From Squalus acanthias (Eukaryota), in contig CM059432.1 of the NCBI GenBank assembly GCA_030390025.1, forward strand, positions 134,852,001-134,916,000: 64,000 bases of DNA. Direction: 5' to 3'. The notes below the pieces were generated by a model, which worked only from the letters and a program-made list of their open reading frames with translations, had not been told where the DNA came from and ran no database searches. The position numbers were made by a program, and so were the translations under genes. This document shows positions 36,666-49,408 of this stretch, piece by piece (the stretch's first letter is position 1; the number at the start of each line of letters is the position of its first letter).

Positions 36666-39431
36666 GACTGGCTGTGTAGCCAATGTTTCAGTTTTATTGT
36701 AGGAGAAAAACAAACACATTTTGTAGCAGTGATGGATTTTAAACTTAGTGAAAGGTGATGAGAATGGTGTGAGATTTATCTTCAAAGGTGACCTGAGGAC
36801 ATCCCCCAGAAAATTTTGATTTTGACACTTTATTTGGTGCATTTTTTGACATTTTAGAGCCCCCGAAGGGTTTTAGATATTTTAAATATGAAAATAAAAA
36901 TGGTTTTAGGGACATTAACACAACTTTAAATCTGACAGCAGCTGCAACATGTTAATCTATGAAATGAAATCTTTACAACGTGTACCTACAACAATCCCAA
37001 GCAGTCGTGCATGCTACATGCACAAAACTAACTGGCCCATTATCTCATCTGTTGCTGTCCCTGTCCCCAACTCACTGATAGTCCAGAGGCAGACACACAT
37101 TAATTAAGGGTATGCTGATTTTTTAACTATTTTAAATAAATAGCTTTTATTTTTAAATAACTTGAGGAGGGTACTAGGTGACCAAACCCGTAGAACAAAA
37201 TTCTAATGAAGGGTCACATCCAAACATTAACCTGGCTCTTCCTGCGGTGCATTCCAAACATTTTCTAATATGAGGTTAGAAATTACAGTTGGTGATAATA
37301 GTGGACGAATGCTTAACACACTCGTGTGATCTTTTTCTGTTCTTTTAATAAAAGGGGTTAACCTGTTTAAAATGAATGGGTTAATGCTTCCATTAAAATA
37401 GCAAGTGGAGGAAAGTAATTAAACAACAACAACAACTTGCATTTACATAGCACCTTTAATGTAGTAAAATGTCAGCTATTATCACCAAAGTAATTTCTGG
37501 CATATATTGCTCTTCTGACTCTATTAAAAAGTGTTATTTTCTTGTAATAGAGATAAAAACCATTGCACGCTGCAATTAATAAAAATAAAATGCATAAAAT
37601 CACGTTTTGTAGGAATGTGAGTTGGATTTTGTGCTCTCAGGTGGATCTGACTGACTGCGTCTAGTCTTGGGTTTGCAATCTATTATACTCATTACTGTAT
37701 TATTAATGTCAATCTTCATATTTTCCCATGGATGTTGACTGCTTTAATATGAATAGTGTGGGTTCAAACTCGAGTTACGGCACACTAACAAAGGGACCTC
37801 CACGAGCGTGTAAAAATAAAAATCACTTTCAAAGTTCCAGAACATAGCTGCACACTACAACCCACCCACACACAGACCAAATGTCCACATCATACATCAT
37901 AGTAATACACTGTAGTCTTAAATCTGGGGATCGCAGTATAATCATTGAAATTAATTAAAACCCATTCCCAGTGTCTCTTTTATTTCCAAACCCTGACAAT
38001 TCTGCAAGTGCAGAGACAGGAATGCTCAAATAAAGTTAGTTAACATATTCACAGCAGGAACAACCACCTTATCTGTGAAAAAAAAAACCTTCTGCAACTA
38101 GTCTTGAAGAAAATAGTCCTTCATATTAGACAACTGTTGGGCACACTGCAGAAAGTTCCTTTGAGAATTTGTTTTTTACATCTGCAATTTAGCAGCTTAC
38201 TTGTCATGTATAACTTCTTCAGGAGCCACAGTAAATGAAGTTACCTGTAATAGTGACTCACAAACCATCCGCTCATCTGAAACTATTTCTGCCTCAAGTT
38301 TATGTGCAACTAATAGTGATAGTATGTAATGTCTAACTGATGGGTTGCTTCTAATAGCCTTCAGTACCACCATCCAACCAATCTGAGCAATTGATCCTAG
38401 TAATTTCCAATCCCAATAAAAAAAAGCGAATTTATTTTCTATAAAACGCTGACAAATGGCTTGACATGCTGCTGGTTGGTACAGATGAGGCATGACTATC
38501 TTAAAGCCCTCTGCATGCTATGAAGAAAAACCCACCAGAATGGTCCAAACAACAGAATCCATGTTTCAGCTTGTCTATAATGTGTTCTACGATAATTCTG
38601 TTTGAACATAGGAACAGGAGTAGGCCATTGAACCCCTCGAGCCTGTTCCACCATTCAATTAGATTTCCGCCATTCAGGTAAGGCATGTACTTCCTTGTTT
38701 CTCTGCCGCTGTTTGGAGGTTTCTGAGTTGGATTAGGAGCTATGGTTCTCCGTCTTCGCAAGTCTTCAAAGAATGTGAGCAGAGAGGACTGCTACATAAC
38801 AAAGGCACCATAACTGCCTCCTGCATAATATGCATTCACATGTATAATGATGCTTCTGTGGTCAGAAACAACTTTAGTTGAACATAACCTTACAGTCCAT
38901 GAGATTGATATGAGGAGCTATCAGAACCCCCAGTGGGAGTCCCATCCTCACCACTTTGGTGCAAGTTGAAAACTGCAGGAACATATCACTGACAGAAAAT
39001 AAAAAAGGAAAAAATGGCGTCCTCCCCAAGACGAGAAACAGTTCAAGGAGCAAAGGGAAAAAAAGCCAAGAAGTCCGTAATCAAGTTTTGTAACAGTAAC
39101 CTCGCTTTAATAACACAATTTTATCAAGCCGAGGCAAAAGAATCATTATGGGGGCGATTTTCCCACTGGAGGCAAGATGAGGCGGGTTTCGGTTTGGGTG
39201 GGTTCCAAACCCGCCTCCACTGATAGGTTTGAAAAAATTGCGATTTCCCCCAAATTGGCCAGTTGATTTCAGAGGTGTGGGTTGCCCTTGGTCAATTAGT
39301 GTTTTGGGACTGAACTCGCCTCTGCTGACAGCACTTTTCCAGCCTATTTTAAGGGCTGCTTGCTGCCTTGGATCATTCCACTGGATTTCTGTCAATGCTG
39401 CACCACCTGCAACATCTTCTGAGAAACCACT

Positions 39432-39620
39432 ATGTCCAATTCCAAGGCAAGGGCCTCCTCGAGGTTCTCGGATGAGGTGCTGCAAATGTTGGTTGAGGGG
39501 GCGAGAGCTAGCAGGGAGGTGCTCTTCCCCTCATCTGGGAGGAAGAGGCCTCCCAAAGAAACCAAGGCTGTCTGAGTCCAGCTGGCAAGGGATATAACCT
39601 CCAGATCTATGTGCAGATTG
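39432..39620 (+). pseudogene. Harbinger Myb/SANT partner gene, truncated
   Basis: MSNSKARASSRFSDEVLQMLVEGARASREVLFPSSGRKRPPKETKAV*VQLARDITSRS, a trihelix pattern with the expected Trp replaced by a stop. Confidence 0.8.
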
Positions 39621-39858
39621 GGTGAATGTTTATGTGTATTGATGAAATGCCATCCATGTTGGAAAGCATTAAAATTATTTGATGGCAAAATGTTGGCGTG
39701 ATGGCATCTGTTCTTTCGCCTTAGGCAGCTCCACATTGCGGGCTCCGCGACACTTGCGTTGTGAGATTGGTGGCCAGAGTGAAAGGAGGCCAGAGAGTCG
39801 TGTCCATTGTCTATGATGTCTAAAGATGGAGCCAAGGACATGTGCCAACATGGGCAAC

Positions 39859-41094
39859 CTATGCAAATCTGGCCAGGATAAGTGCATCCCTTGCATTTCG
39901 GGCAGCCATGTGCTCGCGTGCTGCCGCTGCTGCTGGTCGATGGACCGGCGCTCAGTCCTCCTCAGCCTCCTCCTCCTCCTCATCCTCCTCATCTGAGGAG
40001 GGCTGGAACTGAGCCTCTTGCTCATCAGGAAGCTGCAAGCCACGACGCTGTGCCATGTTGTGCAGTGTACAGCAGACCACGACCATTCTGGAGACCCTTA
40101 ATGGTGTATACTGCAGGGCTCCATCTGATCGGTCAAGGCATCGGAAGCGCATCTTCAACAACCCAATGGTTTGCTCGATGATGGACCTGGTCGATGTGTG
40201 GCTGGCGTTGGAGCGCTCTTCAGCCTTGTTAGCTGGCCTCCTGATCGGCGTCATTAGCCACTTCTTCAGGGGGTCGCCTTTGTCACCAAGGAGCCATCCG
40301 TTAAGTTGGTTTGGTGGATTGTAAAGCGGAGGAACACTAGAGTGCCGCAGGATGAAAGAGTCATGGCAACTACCACAGAACTTTGCGCAAACATGCAAAA
40401 ACTCCTTCTTGTGGTTACACACCAGCTGTACGTTGAGGGAGTAGAAGCCCTTGCGGTTGACAAAGATAGCAGGGTTGTGATGGGGTCCCCTAAGGGCCAC
40501 ATGTGTGTAGTCTATGACGCCCTACATCATTGGCAAGTCTGCCATATTTGCAAAGCCAACCCAACACACGGTTATACTTGCTTGATCCCTTGAGAACTGG
40601 ATGAAATTGTGGGCCTTTGCAAAAAGGGCATCAGTAACCTGCGTGATGCAACTGTGGGCGGCCGACTGGGAGATGCCGCTGATGTCTGCTGATGATCCCT
40701 GGAAGGAGCCTGAGGCAAAAAAGTTGAGTGCGGTGGTGACTTTGACAGCCACTGGTAAGGGGTGTCCACCCGTTCCTCTGGGCGCCAGGTCTTGCTGCAG
40801 CAGTCCGCAGATTTCTCGGACAAGCTCTCGCGAAAGTCTCAGCCTCCTTTGGCACTGTTGCTCACTCATGTCGAGGTAGCTCATCCTCGGTCTGTAAACC
40901 CTCTGTTGGGGGTATCTCCTGCGGCGAGATGCCTCGATGCGCTGGCACCTTCTGCCCTGTGCAGCATCAGGTGGCTGAGCAGGAGGTTGGATCTCCTGCT
41001 GCTATTGCTGCTGAGCTGCCTGGTTCTGCTGCTGCCGTGGATGCTCCTCATCCGAATCTGAGGTCCATGGTGAAAGGAAATGAATGGTTCCCAT
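39859..41094 (-). pseudogene. Harbinger DDE transposase (HARBI1-like): single 412-codon frame with 3 premature stops
   Basis: [63 protein letters not shown] and CCTLHN. Stops at 41002-41004, 40522-40524 and 39952-39954. Confidence 0.93.
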
Positions 41095-42762
41095 GCTGCT
41101 TGCAGATGGGTCCGTTGGGGAAGCGCTCATTCCAAGCGGAGAGAGGGTCTTCGAAGGAGGTCCCACAGATAGATAGAAACTGCAGCACCTCCAACTTCAG
41201 AAGGCCTGCTAAAAGTGCTGAAAGACCTTTTAAAGCAAAGTTCTGGCACCTGCAACTAATCCCTGATGCAAGCTCCGTTTTAATGGTGGAGCTGCAGCTG
41301 TGAGGAGGTAACCTACTTGTCAACCCGCCAGGTTTAGCTGGCGTGGTTTAGGAGGGGCGTGAAACACGCTAGAAATGCCAAAAAATAGTGAGGGCCTCTC
41401 AAAATAGAATTAGAGAGGCCCTTAACGACCATTTAAGGCTCTTAACAACCTCTCTGGCCTGCTGGAGGCAGGACCGTTTCCCACCCTGCAAAACCGGCAC
41501 CGGCAAAATTGCGCAAAGGCACGTTGGAGGCGGGTTCCGAACCCTCTCTCATTTTTTCCGATTTTCCCGCCTTTCCTGCCTCCAAACCCACCCCCTCGGG
41601 GCTGAGAAAATCGCCCCCCATATGCCTCCAAAACATGTGAAATCCAACATGGGATTAAATTAAATCATTTCAAGATTCTAATTCGGCCCACAGCGCAGTT
41701 TCTCCCCCAACCTAAAATTACAGTATTTCGAGAATCCTTCTTCATTTTGACTATAATGGATGCCTCTTCTCTTTCGAAGAAGTGGGATCTTACTATATGT
41801 GTCCTGTATTTTATTCTTGTAAATTTTGATTCTGTTCTATCAGAAATGCTTGATTTGCTGCCAGTATTTTAAGCTCCTTTGCCAACATGCACTGTTATTG
41901 AGAGCGACTATATACATATCCCTTTGAAAAGAATACAGTGGCTAAGGTACAGACTAATATGGACCACTTTATGAACTAACTAACTTTTCATATGAAAATA
42001 TTTAACAAACGTGACAGAAAATCTTAGATTCAATGGTAGAAAAATAGACAATTGAGTCTTTCAAGTGCATGAAGAAGAATTATGTACAGACAGCCAGACA
42101 TGCAACTGTGAAGCTTTCCCAAAGCTCTACCTCCCAGTGACATTAAGATTTGCCGTACCATGGATTCTACCATAATTCTTTAATCTCAAGAAATGTCAAA
42201 AGATTCATGTTAAAGCTCCAAAAATTCTCTGATTCAATTTAATCAAGCAAGACACTCGAACATTCCTCATCTGGAATGCACTGCCTGAAAGGGCGGTGGA
42301 AGCAGATTCAATAGTAACTTTCAAAAGGGAATTGGATAAATATTTGAAAAGGAAAAAAATTGCAGTGCTATGGAGAAAGAACAGGGGAGTGGGACTAATT
42401 GGATAGTGCTTTCACAGAGCCGGAACAGGCACAATGGGCCGAATGGCCTCCTTCTGTGCTCTTTGATTCTATGAACATCAGCCTAACTTCACAATCCCTA
42501 ATATTCAGTCTTGTCAAGTTGAATTCTACAGCTGTCATGACTTGAGTGGCACCTGAGCCATTGTTTTTGATGGAGCATTTGATTAGCAGTCTATCTTCAT
42601 TCTTATAACCATCAATCTCAAACTTACCCAACTATTGATCCACTTTTTAAAAAAGAGCAATTCATTGACATAAACCAGAAAACTGTTCATTTTCCAGTCA
42701 TTTCCTGCAAGCAGCAACAACAACAACTTGCATTTATATATATATAGCGCTTTTAACATAAT

Positions 42763-43517
42763 GGGCCGGATATTCCGATCCCTACGGGTGAGTACGCGCT
42801 GTGTACCCACCCGTAGGGACATCGGAAATGCCGGTTTCAGGCATGCACTGCACATGCGCTGGAAACCGGCATTTCCTATTGTCAAGAAAGCTCTTGACAG
42901 ATCCTCCGGCTGCCCTGGAGAAGGGCCTCTGCGGGCGGATAGTTCCGCTTTTTGGAGACCCTCCGCCCGCAGAAAACCCTTACAATTCTTGCGCCTGGTA
43001 AAAGCAGGCGTAAGGCCTGCTTTTACCAGGATAAGAGTTGAAAAAAGTTAAAAACAACATTTTTTCCACTGATTTATCATTTAAAAATACTTTTTTAAAA
43101 AAGTTTATTTTTAGCCCCGTAAAAAACTTTAATTTTTTTTTTGAAAAATTTAAAGTTTTGTTTAAAATAGTTAATTTATTGTACTTTCAAGTCATTTTAA
43201 AAATGTGATTTAAAAAATTTTTTATTTAAAGTTTTACTATGTTTTGGGGGTGATCTCCATTCATATATTTGACAGGTCTTCCTGTCAAGTGTATGAAGGG
43301 AGATTCCCTTCTGTGATTGGCTCCCCATGGCCCATGTGATCCCAGGGACGCTGCGAACTACCTGCGCCTCTGGGATACGTGGGCCCTGCGCACTGGCAGT
43401 TTGGAGAGGCCCAGGAGCGGAAGCGTGTGCGTCCCGGGAGCCCTCAGGTAAGGGCGCAGATTTATCCAGATCGCAGTCCTCCGCTCAAGGGAGGCCTGCG
43501 ATCGGAATATCTGGGCC
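42763..43517. mobile_element. Harbinger-type MITE, copy C
   Basis: AAT|GGGCCGGATATTCCG...CGGAATATCTGGGCC|AAT, an exact 3-bp TSD inside an L2 tail. Confidence 0.92.
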
Positions 43518-43626
43518 AATAAAATGTCCCAAAGCACTTCACGGGAGCATTATCAAACAAAATTTGACACCGAGCCACATAAGGAGATATTAAGACAGGT
43601 GATAGGTAGGTTTTAAGGACCGTCTT

Positions 43627-43940
43627 CACAGAATCACAGAATCCCCACAGTGCAGATAGAGGCCATTTCGGCCCATCGAGCCTGCACCGACACACATCCC
43701 ACCCCATCCCCATAACCCCACGCATTTAATCCCCCCCGAACACTAAGGGTCAATTTATCATAGCTAAATCAACCTAACCCGCACATCTTTGGACTGTGGG
43801 AGGAAACCGGAGCACCCGGAGGAAACCCACGCAGACATGGGGAGAATGTGCAAACTCCACACAGACAGTCACCCGAGGCCGGTTTCGAACCCGGGTCCCT
43901 GGCGCTGTGAGGCAACACTGCTAACCACTATACCACCGTG
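43627..43940 (-). mobile_element. V-SINE (HE1-like) with CR1/HER1-derived tail
   Basis: tRNA head TAGTGGTTAGCA...GGGTTCGAAACC, V core GTGGAGTTTGCACATTCTCCCC...GGTTTCCTCCCACAGTCCAAAGA and (GATTCTGT)n tail. Confidence 0.88.
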
Positions 43941-44570
43941 TTGTCTTAAATGAGGGGAATGAGATAGAGAGGCAGAGAGGTTTAGGGAGGGAATTGCAGA
44001 GCTTCGTGCCTAGGCAGCTGAAGACACGGTCACCAATGGTGGTGTGATTAAAATCGGGGATGCACAAGAGGCCAGAATTGGAGGCTTGTAGGGCTGGAGG
44101 AGGTTAGAGAGCAGGCCATGGAGGGATTTGAAAACAAAAATGAGAATTTTAAAATCAGGATGTTGCCAGATCAGGAGCCAATGTAGGTCAGCGAGCGCAG
44201 GGGTGATGGGTGAACGGGACTTGGTACAAGTTAGGATACAGGCAGCAGAGTTTTGGATGAGCTCAAATTTATGGAGAGTGCAAGGTGGGAGGCCATCCAG
44301 GAGAGCATTGGAATTGTCGAGTTAGAGTTAACAAAGGCAGCGATGAGGGTTTCAGCAGCAGCTGAGCTGAGGCATGGTTGGAAACGGGCAATGTTACGGA
44401 GGTGGAAGTGGGCGATCTTGGTGATGGAGCCAATATGGGGTCGGAAGCTCATCTCATGGTCAAATAGTAGGCCAAGTTGCAAACGTTCTGGTCTGTCTCA
44501 GACAGTGGCCAGGGAGAGGGATGGAGTTGGTGGCAAAAGAACAGAGTTTGTGGTGGGGACCAAAAACAAT

Positions 44571-45914
44571 GGCCGGAATTTTCCTTACCTTGGTGGGTCC
44601 GGTGCGGGCGGTGGCCGCGGCGGGGTCACGACCCCGCTGCTGGCTCCATCCCGCTGTAGAAAATGAACTTACCTTAATGGGGCCTATTAAACCCGCCCAG
44701 TGCGTTACCCGGCCCAATTAGATGGAGCGGGTCTGGTGACATCATTCATGAAGCGTTTTAATCCAGGATCCTTAAAGGGTCCCTGGTCACATTAAATTTT
44801 AAGTTCAATCTAACATAGTGGGTGTTGAATCTTTACTGTACAATCATATAATAAAAGTTATATATGAGTGACAAAGAAATATTTAAATAAAATTATTAAG
44901 TAATATGACTCCATCTACAAGAACATAATTTAAAAAGTACATTAATTGTGAAGTTATTGGTGCTTTAGTCACAACTCAATAGACTTTTGTATCAGTAACT
45001 GGTACAAATAAAAGATGTGTGTGTATAAGTAATACATAACATTAAGCAGATTTTAAATGTAATTGTAAAGGGGTGGATTTACAATCTTATGCAAGTTCAA
45101 TGGAGTAGCTGTGGAATCCCTGACAAACAGTGTAAGTGGTGCTTACAATGTGTTTCTGGGATTTCTGCAGCTCTTCTGTTGAAGTTAACAATGGACAAGT
45201 GAGAGAACCTCCGCAGAAATTCACCCTAAAGCCTCAGACTCAAAAATTTAATCAGTCATATTCAGGGACTGAAAGCAAATTGAACTAGTGGAATGAGTGA
45301 TGAGAATGAAATTGTTACGGTTGATGACTTGATTTAATGTGTAACTGGACAATTACAGTATACTGTGAGAAAAACCTGACCAGAAACACAAAAATGTATT
45401 TAAATGGTATATGTCATTTTTTGTAGTGTAGATCAATTCACTGCAATTACTGTTCAGTTGGACGGCAAAAGCCGAGAATGGCCAGTGAAAAATTTACCAG
45501 TAGCTTTTCAAGTAGAACAGAATCTCCATCAATCTGTTAGCTGATGTAATCAACATGTTTTGATTTTGGTTTGTTTTCCATGCTGTCAAGCAATCAGCTG
45601 GAGCAATGGCCACGGAACTCACGCCTCAAGTTTACAGACGTGGTTCTCGAGCTGTGTGAATCCCGTGGCCATGCAGGGAAATTTAAAAAGTAGGGGGAAA
45701 AAGGCTCTTAAGTGCCTGTAAACTACCTCATAATGATTTCAATTGAGTCCCCTGCCGCTGCAGGTCGGGTCAGCTCCACAGTGACAAATGCGCCTGTGGG
45801 AAAGCTGCATGGGAGCGAGTTGACAGTGGGCTCCTGACCCACTGTCAAAAAAAACAACTTTCCCACCGGACCCGCCACCGATCACGCCCACTACCACCAC
45901 GGCAAATTCAGCCC
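44571..45914. mobile_element. Harbinger-type non-autonomous element (1.34 kb) with a smaller nested TIR element at 45070-45227
   Basis: AAT|GGCCGGAATTTTCC...GGCAAATTCAGCCC|AAT; removing it restores the L2 sequence seen at 61985-62010. Confidence 0.8.
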
Positions 45915-47539
45915 AATGGCTTTGGTCTTCCCAATATTTAGTTGGAGAAAATTTCCGCACATCCAATACTGGATGTCGGACTAGCAGCATGACAAATCTG
46001 AGAGTGGAGGGGTCAATGGAGGTGGTGGTGAGGTAGAGCATGTCGTCAATGTACATGTGGAACCTGACATTGTGTATTTGGATGATGTCGGCGAGGGTCA
46101 GCATGTAGATGAGAAATAGGAGGGGGCCAAGGATAGATCCTTGGGGACTCCAGAGGTAACGATGCGGGAGCAGGAAGAGTAACCATTGCAAGTGAGTCTC
46201 TGGCTACGACTGGATAGCTGGGAATGGAACCAGACGAGTGCAGTCCCACCCAGCTGGAGGACAGAGAAGAGGTGTTCGAGGAAAATGGTGTGGTCAACCA
46301 TGTCAAAGGCTGCAGAGAGGTTGAGAAGGGCGAGGAGGGATAGTTTACCATGCTCACAGTCACATCGGATGTTATTTGTGACTTTGATAAGGCCCGTTTC
46401 AGTGCTGTGGCAGGGGCGGAAACCTGATTGGAGTGGTTCAAGCATAGAGTTGTCAGAAAGATGGGCATGGATTTGGGAGCGAAAGAGAGAACTCCAGTTT
46501 GCTGGAACTCCTCCAGTTTACAAGATAGCAGCTAGTGATCCAGCCTTCGACATGCTTAAAAACAGAGAGTTGAACAGCATCAACAAGACTGGGGAAGTTA
46601 TTATATGTGTTGTGGACACAATTCTATTAGTTTTAAATGAAAATATATTTCTTGCTCTGTTTTATAGAATTCTTTAAGTGGAATTTGTTTCTCCTCAAGC
46701 TTCTGCACCAAAATTATTACTTCTTGAATTACTTACTTATTCAGATTTTAACATTTTACATGGTTATCCTGTATGCTACACATGCCATTCATTGTGCTAT
46801 GTTACCCATGTACCGCACTTGTGCTTCTATTCAGCATTTCCCACATAGGACTGAACGTGCTGTAATAGAATACTGCTCATTGACTGAAATGCCAATTATT
46901 AGGAGGCAGATGTCTTAGAAGGCAGTAAATTGGTACTTGATACATTTTGAGGACATTGACCATTTGCGGTCTTAATACTCAAGAGTTGCATTCTAAAGTG
47001 GCCTGTATCAGAGTTTCTCTTTTCTAGTGGTAAAACACAACCATTTAGATCGTGTGATGGTTTACCAACTGAAGAGCAAAAAAGTTGCAGCTTCAGATTT
47101 GCTGCTGCAAGGAAAGGATGGCAGGAGTTGATCCCTCTGGGACAGCCGCTTCCCTGAGACAAGAGTCACCGCAGGTCCTTAAGGCTCCAGGGGAACCCAC
47201 TATTCAACCTCAACTCACTCATAGGAGTAGTAGATTAGGAGCAACAACAAGTAAGTTAACTGGCACAAAGGTGGTAAATGTTTCCATGCAACTTAGCGTT
47301 GTTTGACCACGTAGTGTTCAGAGTTCATTTCTGTGTATCATTTGTGACTTTTGGATCCTGGATGATGGCAGCGAAATGTAGACTTCTCTCTTATGAAGGA
47401 AATAGGCTAGAGTCTTTGACAGAAGAGTATTTTGTGAGGGGGGAGAGCAGGCAAATGGTGTGCCAACGCTTATTCATTGAAAGACTTTATTTGGTGTGCC
47501 ACGCTTATTCATTGAAAGATTTTATTTGGCGTGCCACGC

Positions 47540-49200
47540 TTATTCCTTGAAAGCCCTGGGCTAAAAGTTGTCTCCTGCTTTCTCTGGCTGCTGTTTGGTC
47601 CGTTCCATGTCCTCTTCCTGTGCTCCCTGCTGCAGTTGTGGGAAAGGAGGTCCTCTGCACCTCTCCACCTCTCTCTCCTCCTTTAAGGCGCTCCTTTAAA
47701 CCTACCTCACCTGTCTTAATATACCCTCATGCAGCTCGGTGTCAAATTTTGTTTGCTAATGCTGCTGTGAAGCGCCTTGGGGCGCTAAATAAATGCAAGT
47801 TGTTGTTGCTGTCCCCGCCCCCCCGCCGCCCCCCCCCCCAGCATGCTACAATGGTTCTGGAGACTCTTACTGTGCTATACTATATATGTCTCCATATTAT
47901 AAAAAGGACACAGAGGCACTGGAGAAGGTGCAATAAAGATTTACTAGAATGATACCAGAACGGAGAGGTTATACCTATCAGGAAAGGCTGGGGTTCTTTT
48001 CTCTAGAAAAGAGAAGGCTGAGGGGTGACCTGATAGAGGTCTTTAAGATTATGAAAGGGTTTGATAGGTTAGACGTAGAAAAGATGTTTCTACTTGTGTG
48101 GGGGACCAGAACTAGGGGCCATAAATATAAGATAGTCGCTAATAAATCCAATAGGGAATTCAGGAGAAGCATCTTTACTCAGAGAGTGGTGAGAATGTGG
48201 AACTCGCTACAGCAAGGATTAGTTGAGGCAAACAGCATAGACGCACTAAAGGGGAAGCTAGATAAAGACATGAAGGAGAAAGGAATAGAAGGACATGTTG
48301 ATGGGGTTAGATGAAGAAGGGTGGGAGGAGGCTCACATGGAGCATAAACACCAGCATGGACCCATTGGGCTGAATTGCCTGTTTCTGTGCTGTAAATACT
48401 TTGTAATACTTTGTAATATACTGCAGGGCACCACCCAATTTATCCAAGCACCTAAAAAGAGACCAGAATGCCTACAGTTTGCTCGATCACACTTCTTGTT
48501 GTTGCATGGGCCTCATTATATCTGTTATCCTCCTCTATCTGTGGAAGCCTTATTGGCATCATCAGCCAGGACTGCAGGGTATAGCCCTGATCAGCAATCA
48601 ATCATCCCACTACATGTCCTTGAGTAATGAGGGAAGGTATGGTGGATTGGTGCATAATGAACTCTTCGTGGCAGCTTCCTGGGTAGTAGGCATTCACATT
48701 CACGACAAACTGGTTTGCACCACACACTAGCCTCACGGTAATGAAGTGAAAGCTTTTCCAGTTCATAAAACTGAGGGGGTTGTCATATGTGGCTTTGAGT
48801 GCCACATGCATTCCGTCAACTGCTCCAGTCTGTAGAACTGGATGAGTTTTTCTTTATCTTTCTCTGGTTCCACCCAGTGCTGCCTTGAAGACAGCATCAG
48901 TAACTTTGTTAGCCGCATTCACTTGACCCTATTGAAATGGAGTAGGGCAGGCTCCTTGTGGGCCTTAAAGGATTGGCAAGAAAATTCTCATGCAATGTCA
49001 GGCCAGTGGTAAGCATTTCCATCTCAAAACGGACAGTGATTCAGAGAAAAATCCTGCCGCGTGTATGTGTTTCTTTTTCCACATCTAGATGAACAAAATA
49101 ACAGGCAGGTCCTATAACTATTCCTTGAGCATTGGCCAAGATAGGAGGAAGCTAGGCAGACTTACAACAGGCACGCTATTCCATCATTGTAACTTGATCT
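47540..49200 (-). pseudogene. Heavily decayed Harbinger transposase, interrupted by CR1 and L2 fragments
   Basis: GAVDGMHVALKA...FMNWKSFHFITVRLVC...YPGSCHE at 48600-48830; YSTVRVSRTIVAC near 47840-47880. Confidence 0.75.
47895..48420 (+). mobile_element. CR1 3' fragment
   Basis: ORF 47949-48314 contains FSLEKRRLRGDLIEVFKIMKG. Confidence 0.88.
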
Positions 49201-49408
49201 GCGTAGCCCACTAGCAAGTAACTCGTCTGCTGCCCATATATATTTACTGACAAAAGTGTCTTAACACTGTCTTCTTCTCCTTCCATCCTTCTCCACTTAC
49301 ATTATATTTTTGCCTAATTGTTGTTGGATTTCTGTTCTTCATTTCGTTGAGTCCCTTGGGAGCTGACGTCTCTATACTCAGTTATACATAATGTGAAACA
49401 AAGACCTA

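Larger units (their letters stand above)
39150..41618. mobile_element. PIF/Harbinger DNA transposon, near full length, with convergent Myb and transposase genes
   Basis: TIR GGGGGCGATTTTC / GAAAATCGCCCCC with 3-bp flanks TAT/CAT; both genes lie inside. Confidence 0.92.
42715..46480 (-). mobile_element. L2 LINE fragment (RT to 3' tail) split by three insertions
   Basis: PLQSGFRPCHSTET, LSAAFDMVDH and [15 protein letters not shown] at 45915-46480; 3' part at 43518-44570; (CAA)n tail at 42715-42762. Confidence 0.88.
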
